The notes under the pieces: model-generated
The model's input: only the letters and a program-made list of their open reading frames with translations
What the model was told of the DNA's origin: nothing
Database searches by the model: none
Assembly (NCBI RefSeq): GCF_000009705.1
Contig: NC_003272.1
Location: 4,770,001 to 4,802,000, forward strand
From: Nostoc sp. PCC 7120 = FACHB-418
GTDB lineage: Bacteria; Cyanobacteriota; Cyanobacteriia; Cyanobacteriales; Nostocaceae
Reading direction: 5' to 3'
Length of the DNA stretch: 32,000 nt
Program-made: the position numbers and the translations under genes
Shown: in pieces, positions 11,207-19,623 of the stretch
How positions within the stretch are numbered: position 1 is the stretch's first letter
Layout: every line of letters starts with the position of its first letter

Positions 11207-11827
11207 TTAATAACAGTTGTTAGTTGTGTTATTTGAATTTCCAGATTCATTGCTTCCAGAGTAAGTTGGAGGATTCGGATTATTAGGAGTTTTAGGAGAT
11301 TCCTGCGGTGCTTTTGGTGGTTGAGGACGTAATTCAGAAATGCCAGTCCAGCTTTTTTTATCTTCCTTGTTAACTTGGTAATCAATGTTAATTCTTTTTG
11401 TGTTGCTCATAGTTAAATTTTTCTCTTTCGACTCCATATCTGCCGAGGAAACGCCAATAATGACGACTAAAATTATACCTAAGATAAAACTTATTATAGC
11501 AACGTAGTCTAGAATTATTAAAATCTTATCTTGAGCTTTGTTTTGCTTAAGCATCTCTTGAATATATTTGGCATTTCGATCCAGAATACAAACAACTGCT
11601 ATTACTGTAATCAAGAAAAAGAAGAGAGCAAAAGAAAAAAGAGAGATTTGTATGTAGTTGGAAACTCCAGTCGTCCTTAGTAAAGTAACAAGTAAGCCTA
11701 TAGCAGTACTTGATAACCCTAATAATTGTTTATCACGCTCAATTTTAGTATTCAGCCAAGCACTAATCATGGCACTGTAGAATGCTCTATCTTTAGCTTC
11801 GTATTCTTCTTTATTTAAACTCTCCAT
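11207..11827 (-). CDS. Hypothetical membrane protein (about 3 TM) with a Pro/Asn/Ser low-complexity C-terminal tail
   Basis: Hydrophobic segments LSSTAIGLLVTLL, ISLFSFALFFFLITVIAVVCIL and ILDYVAIISFILGIILVVIIGV. The tail is PQPPKAPQESPKTPNNPNPPTYSGSNESGNSNNTTNN. The gene is very AT-rich and I recognise no family. Confidence 0.5.
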   Translation of the reverse strand: MESLNKEEYEAKDRAFYSAMISAWLNTKIERDKQLLGLSSTAIGLLVTLLRTTGVSNYIQISLFSFALFFFLITVIAVVCILDRNAKYIQEMLKQNKAQDKILIILDYVAIISFILGIILVVIIGVSSADMESKEKNLTMSNTKRINIDYQVNKEDKKSWTGISELRPQPPKAPQESPKTPNNPNPPTYSGSNESGNSNNTTNNCY

Positions 11828-11956
11828 ATCTTGAAAAATTGTGTATGACAGAGTAATTAAGTAAGTTTATTCCAATGGTTCACAATTTTCTGAATATACT
11901 CACTCGAAGCACAAAGCATCGTTAGTCATTTGGGGTATCATATTCAGTTTCCATAG

Positions 11957-12229
11957 TTAAAAATCTTCGTCATCGACGAAAAATTCTGCGTCTTCTTCTA
12001 AACGGGAGTTACCCGAACCAGAAAGACTCCAGAGGGGTTGTAGAATAGCCACACCAACAAATCCCACACCAGCACTAAACGCCAGCACTATACCAACTGG
12101 GATTTTAATTGATTGGAATGTTAAGAATTTTAACGATACTGGCTCGAAATTTTGGACAGAAAGAATGGCGATCGCCACTACCCAAACTGCTACAACTAAA
12201 GATGTGAAAAAAGGTGCCAAAGTTTTCAT
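11957..12229 (-). CDS. LapA-domain (DUF1049) small membrane protein
   Basis: Two TM helices (LAPFFTSLVVAVWVVAIAILSV and IPVGIVLAFSAGVGFVGVAIL) and an acidic tail. The likely start is MKTLAP at 12229 rather than the ATG at 12274. Confidence 0.55.
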   Translation of the reverse strand: MKTLAPFFTSLVVAVWVVAIAILSVQNFEPVSLKFLTFQSIKIPVGIVLAFSAGVGFVGVAILQPLWSLSGSGNSRLEEDAEFFVDDEDF

Positions 12230-12289
12230 AAAATCACGAACCACAAATACACGCAGATGAACGCCTGTGTTCATCTGCGGTTGAGATTC

Positions 12290-13717
12290 TTATCCTAACT
12301 TAGCGATCGCACTCTCTAACTCTTGCTCTAGTTTGCTGAGTTTTTCGGGAGAGTTGGTTTCTAGGTAAACACGCACCAAAGGCTCAGTACCAGAGGGACG
12401 CAGCAACACCCAGCTACCTTCTTCTAAATACAGCTTAATTCCGTCCTTACGTCCGACTTCCTTCACTTTAATTCCAGCTACCTCGGAAGGAGGATTTTTT
12501 GTAAAGGAGTCGATGACGGCGACTTTATGAGCTTCTGTTAAGTGTAAGTCAAGACGGTTGTTATATAAGGGGCCATCAGCTTCGGCGATCGCTTCCTTCA
12601 CCAATTGACTCAGGGGCTTACCTTCATAGGCGATCGCTTCGGCAATCAGCATATCAGCTAAAACGCCGTCTTTTTCGGGAATATGCCCAATAATGCTTAA
12701 ACCGCCTGATTCTTCACCACCAATCAGCACGGCGGTTTCCCGCATTTTTTCCCCAATGTATTTAAAACCTACGGCTGTCTCATAAATCGTCAAGCCGTAT
12801 TTAGCGGCGAAATTATCGAGTAGGTGAGTTGTAGCCACAGTGCGGACGATCGCGCCTGTTTTGCCTTTATTCTTGATTAAATGCCGCGCTAGAACTAACA
12901 ACACAGTGTTAGGAGTGAGGACGTTGCCTAGCTCATCCACAATCCCAAAGCGATCGCTGTCGCCATCTGTCGCTAGTCCTAAATCTGCATGATCGCGGCG
13001 GACAGCTTCGACTAATTCCACTAGCTGTTCTCCCTTTGGTTCAGGCATTCCCCCACCAAAGAGGACATCGCGCCAAGTGTGGAAACTTTCTAATTGCACC
13101 CCACTCTCTAGCAATACTTCATCTAAATAGCCACGGGATGTAGAATATAACGCATCATACTTGACTTTAAGTTGAGCGCTTTTAATTCGTTCTATATCCA
13201 GCAATGTGTAAATAAACTGTAAATAGTCCGGTTTGGGATCAAAAGTAGAAATTGTTCCCGATGGTTTGCCACTTGGCAATTCATCTGAAGCACTTTCAAT
13301 ATTTGCCACAATAGTATCAGTAATTTCTGGAGTGGCAGGCCCAGCATAATCAGGGATATATTTAATTCCACAATAGGGTGCTGGATTATGGCTAGCCGTA
13401 AACATCAATGCCCCTGCCGAATTCAGGTGACGGGCATTGTAAGCAATTACTGGTGTGGGGCAATCCCGATCAGTGACTTTGACATTCCAGCCCAAGTCAG
13501 CCAAGACTTGAGCTGCTGTCTGGGCAAACTGATCAGCTAAAAAACGAGTATCGTAGGCAATTAGAACTGGTCTATCTTTTGTGTAGGCTGTTTCCAGATA
13601 GCTGGCGATCGCTCTTGTCACTTTTCGCACATTGGGAAAAGTGAAATCATCGGCAATAATGCCTCTCCATCCATCAGTACCAAATTTTATCTTGCTGGAA
13701 TTGCTACTAGCGCTCAT
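12290..13717 (-). CDS. Phosphoglucomutase/phosphomannomutase-family alpha-D-phosphohexomutase
   Basis: Active-site loop TASHNPAPYCGIKY, metal loop ATDGDSDRFG and sugar loop GGEESGG. It is 475 aa long. Confidence 0.9.
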   Translation of the reverse strand: MSASSNSSKIKFGTDGWRGIIADDFTFPNVRKVTRAIASYLETAYTKDRPVLIAYDTRFLADQFAQTAAQVLADLGWNVKVTDRDCPTPVIAYNARHLNSAGALMFTASHNPAPYCGIKYIPDYAGPATPEITDTIVANIESASDELPSGKPSGTISTFDPKPDYLQFIYTLLDIERIKSAQLKVKYDALYSTSRGYLDEVLLESGVQLESFHTWRDVLFGGGMPEPKGEQLVELVEAVRRDHADLGLATDGDSDRFGIVDELGNVLTPNTVLLVLARHLIKNKGKTGAIVRTVATTHLLDNFAAKYGLTIYETAVGFKYIGEKMRETAVLIGGEESGGLSIIGHIPEKDGVLADMLIAEAIAYEGKPLSQLVKEAIAEADGPLYNNRLDLHLTEAHKVAVIDSFTKNPPSEVAGIKVKEVGRKDGIKLYLEEGSWVLLRPSGTEPLVRVYLETNSPEKLSKLEQELESAIAKLG

Positions 13718-13822
13718 GTTTGCTACTGTCCCCCATCTATTTGAACACTATAGGAAGCTTCCCGCAAAGCGTGCGTAGTCGCAAGCATCCTTCACCGTAT
13801 TTTTTCTCACTGCTCTTGACCA

Positions 13823-14680
13823 ATGTCAACCCCCGATCGACTTTTTGTTAGTTATCACCTCTGGTCTTTAGTTGCCCCAGCTGTGGGGCAAGAACGTTGG
13901 CATTGCCAGATGAGACGGGGGTTTATCAAAGCGCGTCAAAATGAACCACAAGTCAAAGCACTGCTAGGGAATGCTACTCCACCTCAGCGAATTGGGATAC
14001 TAGCCCAAAAAGGTGTTTATGAGTTTCATCATAATCGACATTTGTTAACCCGTTCTGATGGAGTCGAGCAAGTAGCACAGTTGTTGAAACTAAGTAACTC
14101 CACAATGCAAGTTCAACAACGGGTGCTGCAAATTCTGAAAAAATACTATAATGCACCGTTATTATTAGGTAAAAAGATTCTGCAATTAACTCGTGGTGAT
14201 GAAGGTTTTCCCAAACCAATTTTAATTGAACAGAAGGATGATCGTTTTCGTTTATATGCAGCGATGGATTGCGTTTTCATTGAGTCTGATGCTCACCATA
14301 CTTTGCATATTTTAGATTTTAAAACTGGTAAAGCTGCTTTTGACAAAAGACAAGCCTTAGTTTATTTATTAGCTGCTAACTACCTTTACCCAGGTAAAGA
14401 AGCTGTCGCCTCATTTTATAATCTAGAACTCTGCCAAGAATCAGAGTTGATTAGCCTTAAAAGAAATGAATTAGAAGATTTGAAAATTGAGTTAATAAAT
14501 ATAGCCAAAAAACACCAAGACGACGTACAGCAGTATCAGGAAGAAACTAGAGATTTCAGTGAGATATTTCCACCTAATCCTGGTTATCACTGTCGCTTTT
14601 GTCCATTTCAATCAATTTGTGATTTTTCAGTTCAAGCGTCTCAAGTTCAATCATTACCAATCATTAAAACCAATAGCTAA
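13823..14680 (+). CDS. PD-(D/E)XK nuclease-family protein with Cas4/AddB-like Cys cluster
   Basis: D in AAMDCVF, LDFKTGK (D/ExK), QALVYLL (QxxxY) and a C-terminal CRFCPFQSIC (Cx2Cx5C), plus an N-terminal Cys (HCQ). This arrangement is the Cas4/RecB-type nuclease with an Fe-S cluster. Confidence 0.7.
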   Translation: MSTPDRLFVSYHLWSLVAPAVGQERWHCQMRRGFIKARQNEPQVKALLGNATPPQRIGILAQKGVYEFHHNRHLLTRSDGVEQVAQLLKLSNSTMQVQQRVLQILKKYYNAPLLLGKKILQLTRGDEGFPKPILIEQKDDRFRLYAAMDCVFIESDAHHTLHILDFKTGKAAFDKRQALVYLLAANYLYPGKEAVASFYNLELCQESELISLKRNELEDLKIELINIAKKHQDDVQQYQEETRDFSEIFPPNPGYHCRFCPFQSICDFSVQASQVQSLPIIKTNS

Positions 14681-14715
14681 ATAGAAACTATTAATTAAAC
14701 TAATTTTTATAGTCT

Positions 14716-14740
14716 GTAGGGTGGGCAATGCCCACCCTAC
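14716..14740. terminator. Bidirectional intrinsic terminator between convergent genes
   Basis: GTAGGGTGGGC-AAT-GCCCACCCTAC is a perfect 11-bp GC-rich stem. It is flanked by TAATTTTTAT on both sides. Confidence 0.65.
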
Positions 14741-14823
14741 TAATTTTTATAATTTTATGAATAGTAATAGGTAATAGACAATTCATTTATTACCTATTAC
14801 CTATTACCTATCATCGTTAAATG

Positions 14824-15078
14824 TTACATCTTACCATGCTGCATAACTTCTTGCAGATGATGACGAATTTCTTGTGCTTGCTCAATCTCAGACTGACGAA
14901 GTTTTTGGAATAAATCTACACAAGGTTGAGAGTTAGCAGCTTGAGCATCTTCTATATAAGTTTCATAAGCTCTGACTGCTTCAGCCTTGTTTTGCAACAC
15001 AGTCAGAAAGTCATACTCTAAGTTGCTAATAGGTTCCTGAGAATGTCCATTACCTGTAGTCATTGATTCACACTCCAT
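14824..15078 (-). CDS. Small conserved hypothetical protein (helical, about 80 aa)
   Basis: ORF with plausible helical sequence (LEYDFLTVLQNKAEAVRAYETYIEDAQ...). The true start may be the MTTGNG ATG at 15063. I could not assign a family. Confidence 0.5.
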   Translation of the reverse strand: MECESMTTGNGHSQEPISNLEYDFLTVLQNKAEAVRAYETYIEDAQAANSQPCVDLFQKLRQSEIEQAQEIRHHLQEVMQHGKM

Positions 15079-15146
15079 AAGTTTATAATTAATTTCTACT
15101 TAACCGTACAGAGTCATTCATCCACCCAAAAGCGTAGAAAAAAGTA

Positions 15147-15174
15147 CATTGGTCATTGGTCAATAGTCCATAGT
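15147..15174. repeat. STRR-type heptamer array (CATTGGT CATTGGT CAATAGT CCATAGT)
   Basis: Four consecutive heptamers read directly. Short tandemly repeated repetitive (STRR) heptamers are a hallmark of heterocystous cyanobacteria. Confidence 0.8.
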
Positions 15175-15226
15175 AATTCTTCTTTACTTCCCTTGCTCCC
15201 TCTGCTTTCTTCAGTCTCCAGTTCGG

Positions 15227-15802
15227 CTAAATTAGAGTGCTAGGACTTAGTAGTGCTTTTTCTAGTAGGGTTTTATATTCTTTATCTTTAATACGGTAAG
15301 CGCCGAATCTTTCTAGGTGGGGATTCATCATTTGCGCGTCAAACATGACAAATTCCCTTTGGCGTAATCTTTCTACTAATTTCACCATCGCTACTTTAGA
15401 GCCTTCGGGAATGCGGTAAAACATCGATTCACCGATAAAAGCACCGCCAATGACAATACCTAAAATCCCGCCTGCTAGTTCTTCACCTTGCCATGTTTCA
15501 AAACTGTAGGCGTAACCCGTCTGGTATAGTAGCCGATAAATTTCTTGCAATTCCTGAGAAATCCAAGTGCTTTCTCGGTTAGCACAACCAGCCACTACAG
15601 CTGCAAAATCACGGTTAATCGCTACTGTAAACCTTTCTTGGTTTAAAACACGCTGTAAAGACTTAGGATAGCGAAATCGCTCATCTAAGGGAATCAAAGT
15701 GCGATCGCGGCTTCCATACCATCCCAGGCAATCATTGTCATCAGCCATGAGAAAATAGCCTTGAGCGTAGCCTTGAATAATAGAGGCGATATCATATTGC
15801 AT
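15227..15802 (-). CDS. aat: Leucyl/phenylalanyl-tRNA--protein transferase
   Basis: [15 protein letters not shown]...[24 protein letters not shown]...ESMFYR..EGSKVA matches L/F-transferase. It is 191 aa long. Confidence 0.8.
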   Translation of the reverse strand: MQYDIASIIQGYAQGYFLMADDNDCLGWYGSRDRTLIPLDERFRYPKSLQRVLNQERFTVAINRDFAAVVAGCANRESTWISQELQEIYRLLYQTGYAYSFETWQGEELAGGILGIVIGGAFIGESMFYRIPEGSKVAMVKLVERLRQREFVMFDAQMMNPHLERFGAYRIKDKEYKTLLEKALLSPSTLI

Positions 15803-15909
15803 AGATAAAATTAAAAATAAAAAATATCAGAGGAACGCGCTCTGATGTTGTTACTCATGCTTGGCGCTCCTCTGCACTCTCTATAATATTCCTCTGCGGT
15901 AAAAAACAG

Positions 15910-16239
15910 ATGACACAACCAATACCACCTATTACCCTACCGCCAGCCGCAAATCCTAACCTCGAAGGTCAATGGTTGCAAGATTGTTTGCTGCGCTGGC
16001 TAGATACAGAATTTATTCCCGAAGCAGTTAATCAAAAGATTGCTCAACGTGCAGCACAAATCTTTGTTCGCCAAAGAATGGAAGGCGAGAATGACCTTGG
16101 TTCTCTGGTGATTGCTATCGTCACAGAGATGCAGGCCTTTGATTTTTCCAAAAGCTTTTATGGAGAGTTTGCGATCGCCAACGCCGTCAGCGATCTACTC
16201 TTAGAGAGTCTAGGTATAGACCATTGTTGTGGGCAATAA
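15910..16239 (+). CDS. Conserved hypothetical protein, 109 aa
   Basis: Clean ORF divergent from aat, with no recognisable motif. Confidence 0.5.
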   Translation: MTQPIPPITLPPAANPNLEGQWLQDCLLRWLDTEFIPEAVNQKIAQRAAQIFVRQRMEGENDLGSLVIAIVTEMQAFDFSKSFYGEFAIANAVSDLLLESLGIDHCCGQ

Positions 16240-16243
16240 AGCC

Positions 16244-16271
16244 AGTCCATAGTCAAGAGTCCATAGTCAAT
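16244..16271. repeat. STRR-type repeat: 14-bp unit AGTCCATAGTCAA(G/T) x2
   Basis: Read directly. Two 16-bp direct repeats, ACTGTTGACCGTTGAC, follow at 16280-16295 and 16351-16366. Confidence 0.85.
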
Positions 16272-16365
16272 AGTATGAAACTGTTGACCGTTGACCCTTA
16301 CAGGTTCGATAGTTGCTTTCCGACGCAAAGCGACAGGAACGCACTATCTCACTGTTGACCGTTGA

Positions 16366-16668
16366 CTACCAGCTAGACTTAACAACTCCGGGTAAAAGAC
16401 CTTCGTGCGCCCATTCCCGCAGGACGTTCCGAGATAGCCCAAAGTCACGATAAACACCTCTAGGACGACCAGTTACCCAGCAACGGTTACGGCGACGATT
16501 AGGCGCACTGTTACGGGGTAGCTGTTGGATTTGTCGGTGAATTTCTAACTTCTCTAGGGGAGATTCTGTAGTTCTGAACTCTTCTAAAAGAGCTTCTCGC
16601 TTTTCAGAATACTTTTCTACCAACTTAGCGCGTTTTTTCTCGCGCTCAATCATACTCTTCTTTGCCAT
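16366..16668 (-). CDS. rpsN: 30S ribosomal protein S14 (long, zinc-independent form)
   Basis: [20 protein letters not shown]...[42 protein letters not shown] is unmistakably S14. It is 100 aa long. Confidence 0.95.
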   Translation of the reverse strand: MAKKSMIEREKKRAKLVEKYSEKREALLEEFRTTESPLEKLEIHRQIQQLPRNSAPNRRRNRCWVTGRPRGVYRDFGLSRNVLREWAHEGLLPGVVKSSW

Positions 16669-16745
16669 AAATTAATTCAACAATTTAAAGACAGCATTTT
16701 CCATTCTACATTTATGAAAGGCGAATCGCCTCTATTTTTGTCCGT

Positions 16746-17438
16746 CTAGCCAACAATAATTGTTTTCGTGGCAGATGGGCATAAATCCGCCAATTCGCAC
16801 GCCTCGCATACAGGAGAACGGGCTTTACAGACAGCGCGACCATGATAAATTAGCCGAATTGACCAATTTTCCCAATCTGGTTGCGGTAATAACTTCATTA
16901 AATCCTGTTCAATGTGAACGGGGTCTGGATATTTAGTTAAACCGAGGCGTTGACTGAGGCGCTTGACATGAGTATCTACTGTTACCCCTGCATTGATGCC
17001 ATAAGCATGGGCTAAAACCACATTTGCGGTCTTCCGCGCCACACCAGGGAGTTTTAACAACTGTTCCATTGTGTTGGGAACCGCAGAGTTAAACTCACTG
17101 ACAATCATGCGACAGGCGGCTTGAATATTTTTGGCTTTATTACGATAAAACCCTGTAGAGCGTACTAGGTTTTCTAACTCTGTTAAATCAGCATTCGCTA
17201 GACTAGGCGCATCAGGAAAGCGGCTAAATAAAGCTGGTGTAACTAGATTGACTCGCTCATCTGTACACTGGGCTGAGAGAATTGTTGCCACCAGCAATTG
17301 CACGGTTGTGGTGTAGTTTAAGGAGCAAGTGGCATCGGGATAAAGACGCTTCAGGCGAGAGAGAATTTCTAACGCCCGTTGCTTTTTAGAAAGGGATTTG
17401 CGGGTGGTAGTACTCACTGGAACAATTTTTGTACCCAC
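16746..17438 (-). CDS. nth: Endonuclease III (DNA-(apurinic or apyrimidinic site) lyase)
   Basis: The HhH-GPD core LPGVARKTANVVL and the C-terminal 4Fe-4S cluster CKARSPVCEACELADLC. The alternative GTG start at 17417 would give a 4-nt GTGA overlap with the rseP stop. Confidence 0.9.
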   Translation of the reverse strand: MGTKIVPVSTTTRKSLSKKQRALEILSRLKRLYPDATCSLNYTTTVQLLVATILSAQCTDERVNLVTPALFSRFPDAPSLANADLTELENLVRSTGFYRNKAKNIQAACRMIVSEFNSAVPNTMEQLLKLPGVARKTANVVLAHAYGINAGVTVDTHVKRLSQRLGLTKYPDPVHIEQDLMKLLPQPDWENWSIRLIYHGRAVCKARSPVCEACELADLCPSATKTIIVG

Positions 17439-18508
17439 TCCAATTGGGTAGTTAATTGGGTGGTTTCTTTCACAATCAGAAAAATTCCCAGCCCTAAGAG
17501 TAACACCAGACCAGTCTGCATTACACCTTCTTGAATGCGGTTAGGTAAGGGCTTACCGCGTAAACCTTCAATGAGTAAAAACGCTAATTGTCCACCGTCC
17601 AAAGCTGGGAGCGGCAGAATATTGATGACTGCTAAGTTGATGCTAATTAAAGCGGCAAAGAAGAACAAACTACCTGTATCGTTTTGGGCAATGTTAGCGC
17701 CAATTTCGACAATTTTGATGGGGCCTGCAACTTGGCTGGCTGTTTCCCCAAAGTTAGTAACTAGTTGCCCAAAGCCTTTAAATGTCATCACGACAATGCG
17801 TTGAAATTCGCTAGCGCCAACGCTAAAAGCTTTGCTGAGACTAACTGGACGGCGTTCTACTTTGCCGTTAGGTGCCAGACCAATACCGATACTTCCCCCG
17901 GCAGGTTTTGCTTCGGGAATAACATTAACCGATAGCCTTTCGTCTCCACGGGCAACTGTGAGTTGAATAGACTTACCAGGGCTATTTTTAATGATGTCTC
18001 TTAAAGCTTCTATTTCTTGTAGGGAAGTGCCAAATTCTTTTTGATTAGCAGAGAGAATTACATCTCCTGGTTTCAGTCCAGCGTTGGTAGCAACAGCACT
18101 CACTTCTGGTGCTAACTGTTGGATTGAAACCCCTGGCTGACTGGCTTGTCCAATACCAACAAAGCCCACCTGGGCTAATAGGAGCATATAAGCGAAAATT
18201 AAATTAGCGATGACACCTGCACTGATAACGATCGCCCGATCTAAAATGGGACGGTTACGCAGCAAATTTGGGTCATTGGGGGGAATATCGCTATCGGGGT
18301 CATCATCGGGAAAGCCGACAAATCCACCCAAAGGAAAAGCCCTGATAGCATACTCAGTTTCCGCACCTTGGTACTTCCACAGAACAGGCCCAAATCCTAA
18401 CGAAAAGCGGTTCACATGAATACCTTGAGAACGCGCTGCGACAAAATGCCCCAACTCGTGTACCAAGATTAATACCGCCAAGACTGCGATCGCTGCTAAA
18501 ACTGACAT
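17414..18508 (-). CDS. rseP: RIP metalloprotease RseP (site-2 protease, M50 family)
   Basis: The HELGHF zinc motif near the N-terminus, a central PDZ-like region, and a C-terminal NLAVINILPLPALDGG motif. Confidence 0.9.
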   Translation of the reverse strand: MSVLAAIAVLAVLILVHELGHFVAARSQGIHVNRFSLGFGPVLWKYQGAETEYAIRAFPLGGFVGFPDDDPDSDIPPNDPNLLRNRPILDRAIVISAGVIANLIFAYMLLLAQVGFVGIGQASQPGVSIQQLAPEVSAVATNAGLKPGDVILSANQKEFGTSLQEIEALRDIIKNSPGKSIQLTVARGDERLSVNVIPEAKPAGGSIGIGLAPNGKVERRPVSLSKAFSVGASEFQRIVVMTFKGFGQLVTNFGETASQVAGPIKIVEIGANIAQNDTGSLFFFAALISINLAVINILPLPALDGGQLAFLLIEGLRGKPLPNRIQEGVMQTGLVLLLGLGIFLIVKETTQLTTQLEWVQKLFQ

Positions 18509-18628
18509 AGAGCAAATTAATCAAATATATTCCGATATATATTTTTATTGTAGTAGTTTAGAAAACCGATGCTGAGACTCAAAGCATACTACAGTAGGAA
18601 ACTATGCCTAAGTTAGACTGAGCGCCCA

Positions 18629-19030
18629 CTACTTCATCAAATGAGTATCAAGTTCAGGATACTGAGAGAACAAACTATCAACACTGGCTAACTTTGCTTG
18701 ATATTCCAATGTAGTAGCAACAATCAGGCGGTCAAACGGATCTTTGTGAATAGGAGATAAATCTACAGCACGGCAGACAATTTCGGGAGTTAAGGGAAAT
18801 AATGTAATATCTGCTGGCTGCAAAGCTTCCTGAAACCATTGATTAGCGGCACAGGGTAACTGTAGCCTTCCTCGCTGCTGTGCCAGTGCAATTTCATAAC
18901 AAGAAATAACCGAAATGCCTACTTGTTCAGCCGTTTCGATAGCTTCTCTCCACTGAGTAGGAAATCTTTGAAATTCTTGATTAATCAACCAGAACCAAAT
19001 ATGAGTATCGAGGACTATTACTTCAGACAT
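18629..19030 (-). CDS. vapC: PIN-domain ribonuclease toxin (VapC-like)
   Basis: VLDTHIWFWL (first acidic residue), a later D in DPFDRLIVATT, a length of 133 aa, and a 13-nt overlap with the upstream small ORF. Confidence 0.75.
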   Translation of the reverse strand: MSEVIVLDTHIWFWLINQEFQRFPTQWREAIETAEQVGISVISCYEIALAQQRGRLQLPCAANQWFQEALQPADITLFPLTPEIVCRAVDLSPIHKDPFDRLIVATTLEYQAKLASVDSLFSQYPELDTHLMK

Positions 19031-19239
19031 TCCCAGTCTTCTTCATCAACTATAGGACTGACAATATCCCCTAATGTTTTACCTTTGCCTGCAATAGATT
19101 CAGGGGCAGTGCGGCGTTTCTTTGATGGTAAAGTTTCTTCTATAAAGGTAACAATGACACGGGCAGTATTAACTTGAGGCTGTTCTGATATCCACTTTAT
19201 TTGACCATTTTCATAAATCGCTTCGTAACTTTTTAACAT
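19018..19239 (-). CDS. Antitoxin of the VapC module (AF2212/DUF104-like)
   Basis: The N-terminus YEAIYENGQIKW resembles DUF104-type antitoxins. The acidic tail IVDEEDWE is common in cyanobacterial antitoxins. It overlaps the vapC start. Confidence 0.65.
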   Translation of the reverse strand: MLKSYEAIYENGQIKWISEQPQVNTARVIVTFIEETLPSKKRRTAPESIAGKGKTLGDIVSPIVDEEDWECLK

Positions 19240-19277
19240 GGCAATCAGGGTTTTATTAACCTTTGCGCTTTCTTAAA

Positions 19278-19451
19278 TTATAGTTTAGGCGATCGCTTAT
19301 ATAGGGTTTCCTGTACAGATGACCAGTCTGCTTCGGATAACAAAATTGCATTGCCACTTTTTCCTGCAATAACAATGGGTTTATGTGACTGATTCACGGA
19401 ATCAATTAAATCCTGTAACTGTTTTTGAGCTTCGTTAATTGGAATCATCAT
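19278..19451 (-). pseudogene. Truncated Phd/YefM-family antitoxin remnant (57 codons; absent from the supplied ORF track)
   Basis: My own translation of the minus strand is MMIPINEAQKQLQDLIDSVNQSHKPIVIAGKSGNAILLSEADWSSVQETLYKRSPKL*. Up to QETLY it matches the Phd/YefM N-terminal domain. The usual C-terminal toxin-binding half is missing and the sequence diverges at a HIP1 site (AAGCGATCGCC). Confidence 0.55.
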
Positions 19452-19623
19452 CCGTCAACATTACTATTAATCTCTACCATCTATTTTAAAATTTCATAAT
19501 CTAATTATTAAAGTACATTTCAGTTACTTCGCGGATGTTTTGTATAAATTCATAAATTGTTTATCTTTGGCTTAATTTTTTTCAGTCAAATGTGAAGATG
19601 CAGAGACTTGTTGGGTAGCGTTT

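Noticed and set aside
14761-16366. Heptamer and 14-17-bp tandem repeats considered as a possible degenerate CRISPR array
   Set aside because: The units are 7-17 bp with no spacers of 30-40 bp and only 2-4 copies. They match the STRR-type repeats of heterocystous cyanobacteria. No cas genes are present in the window.
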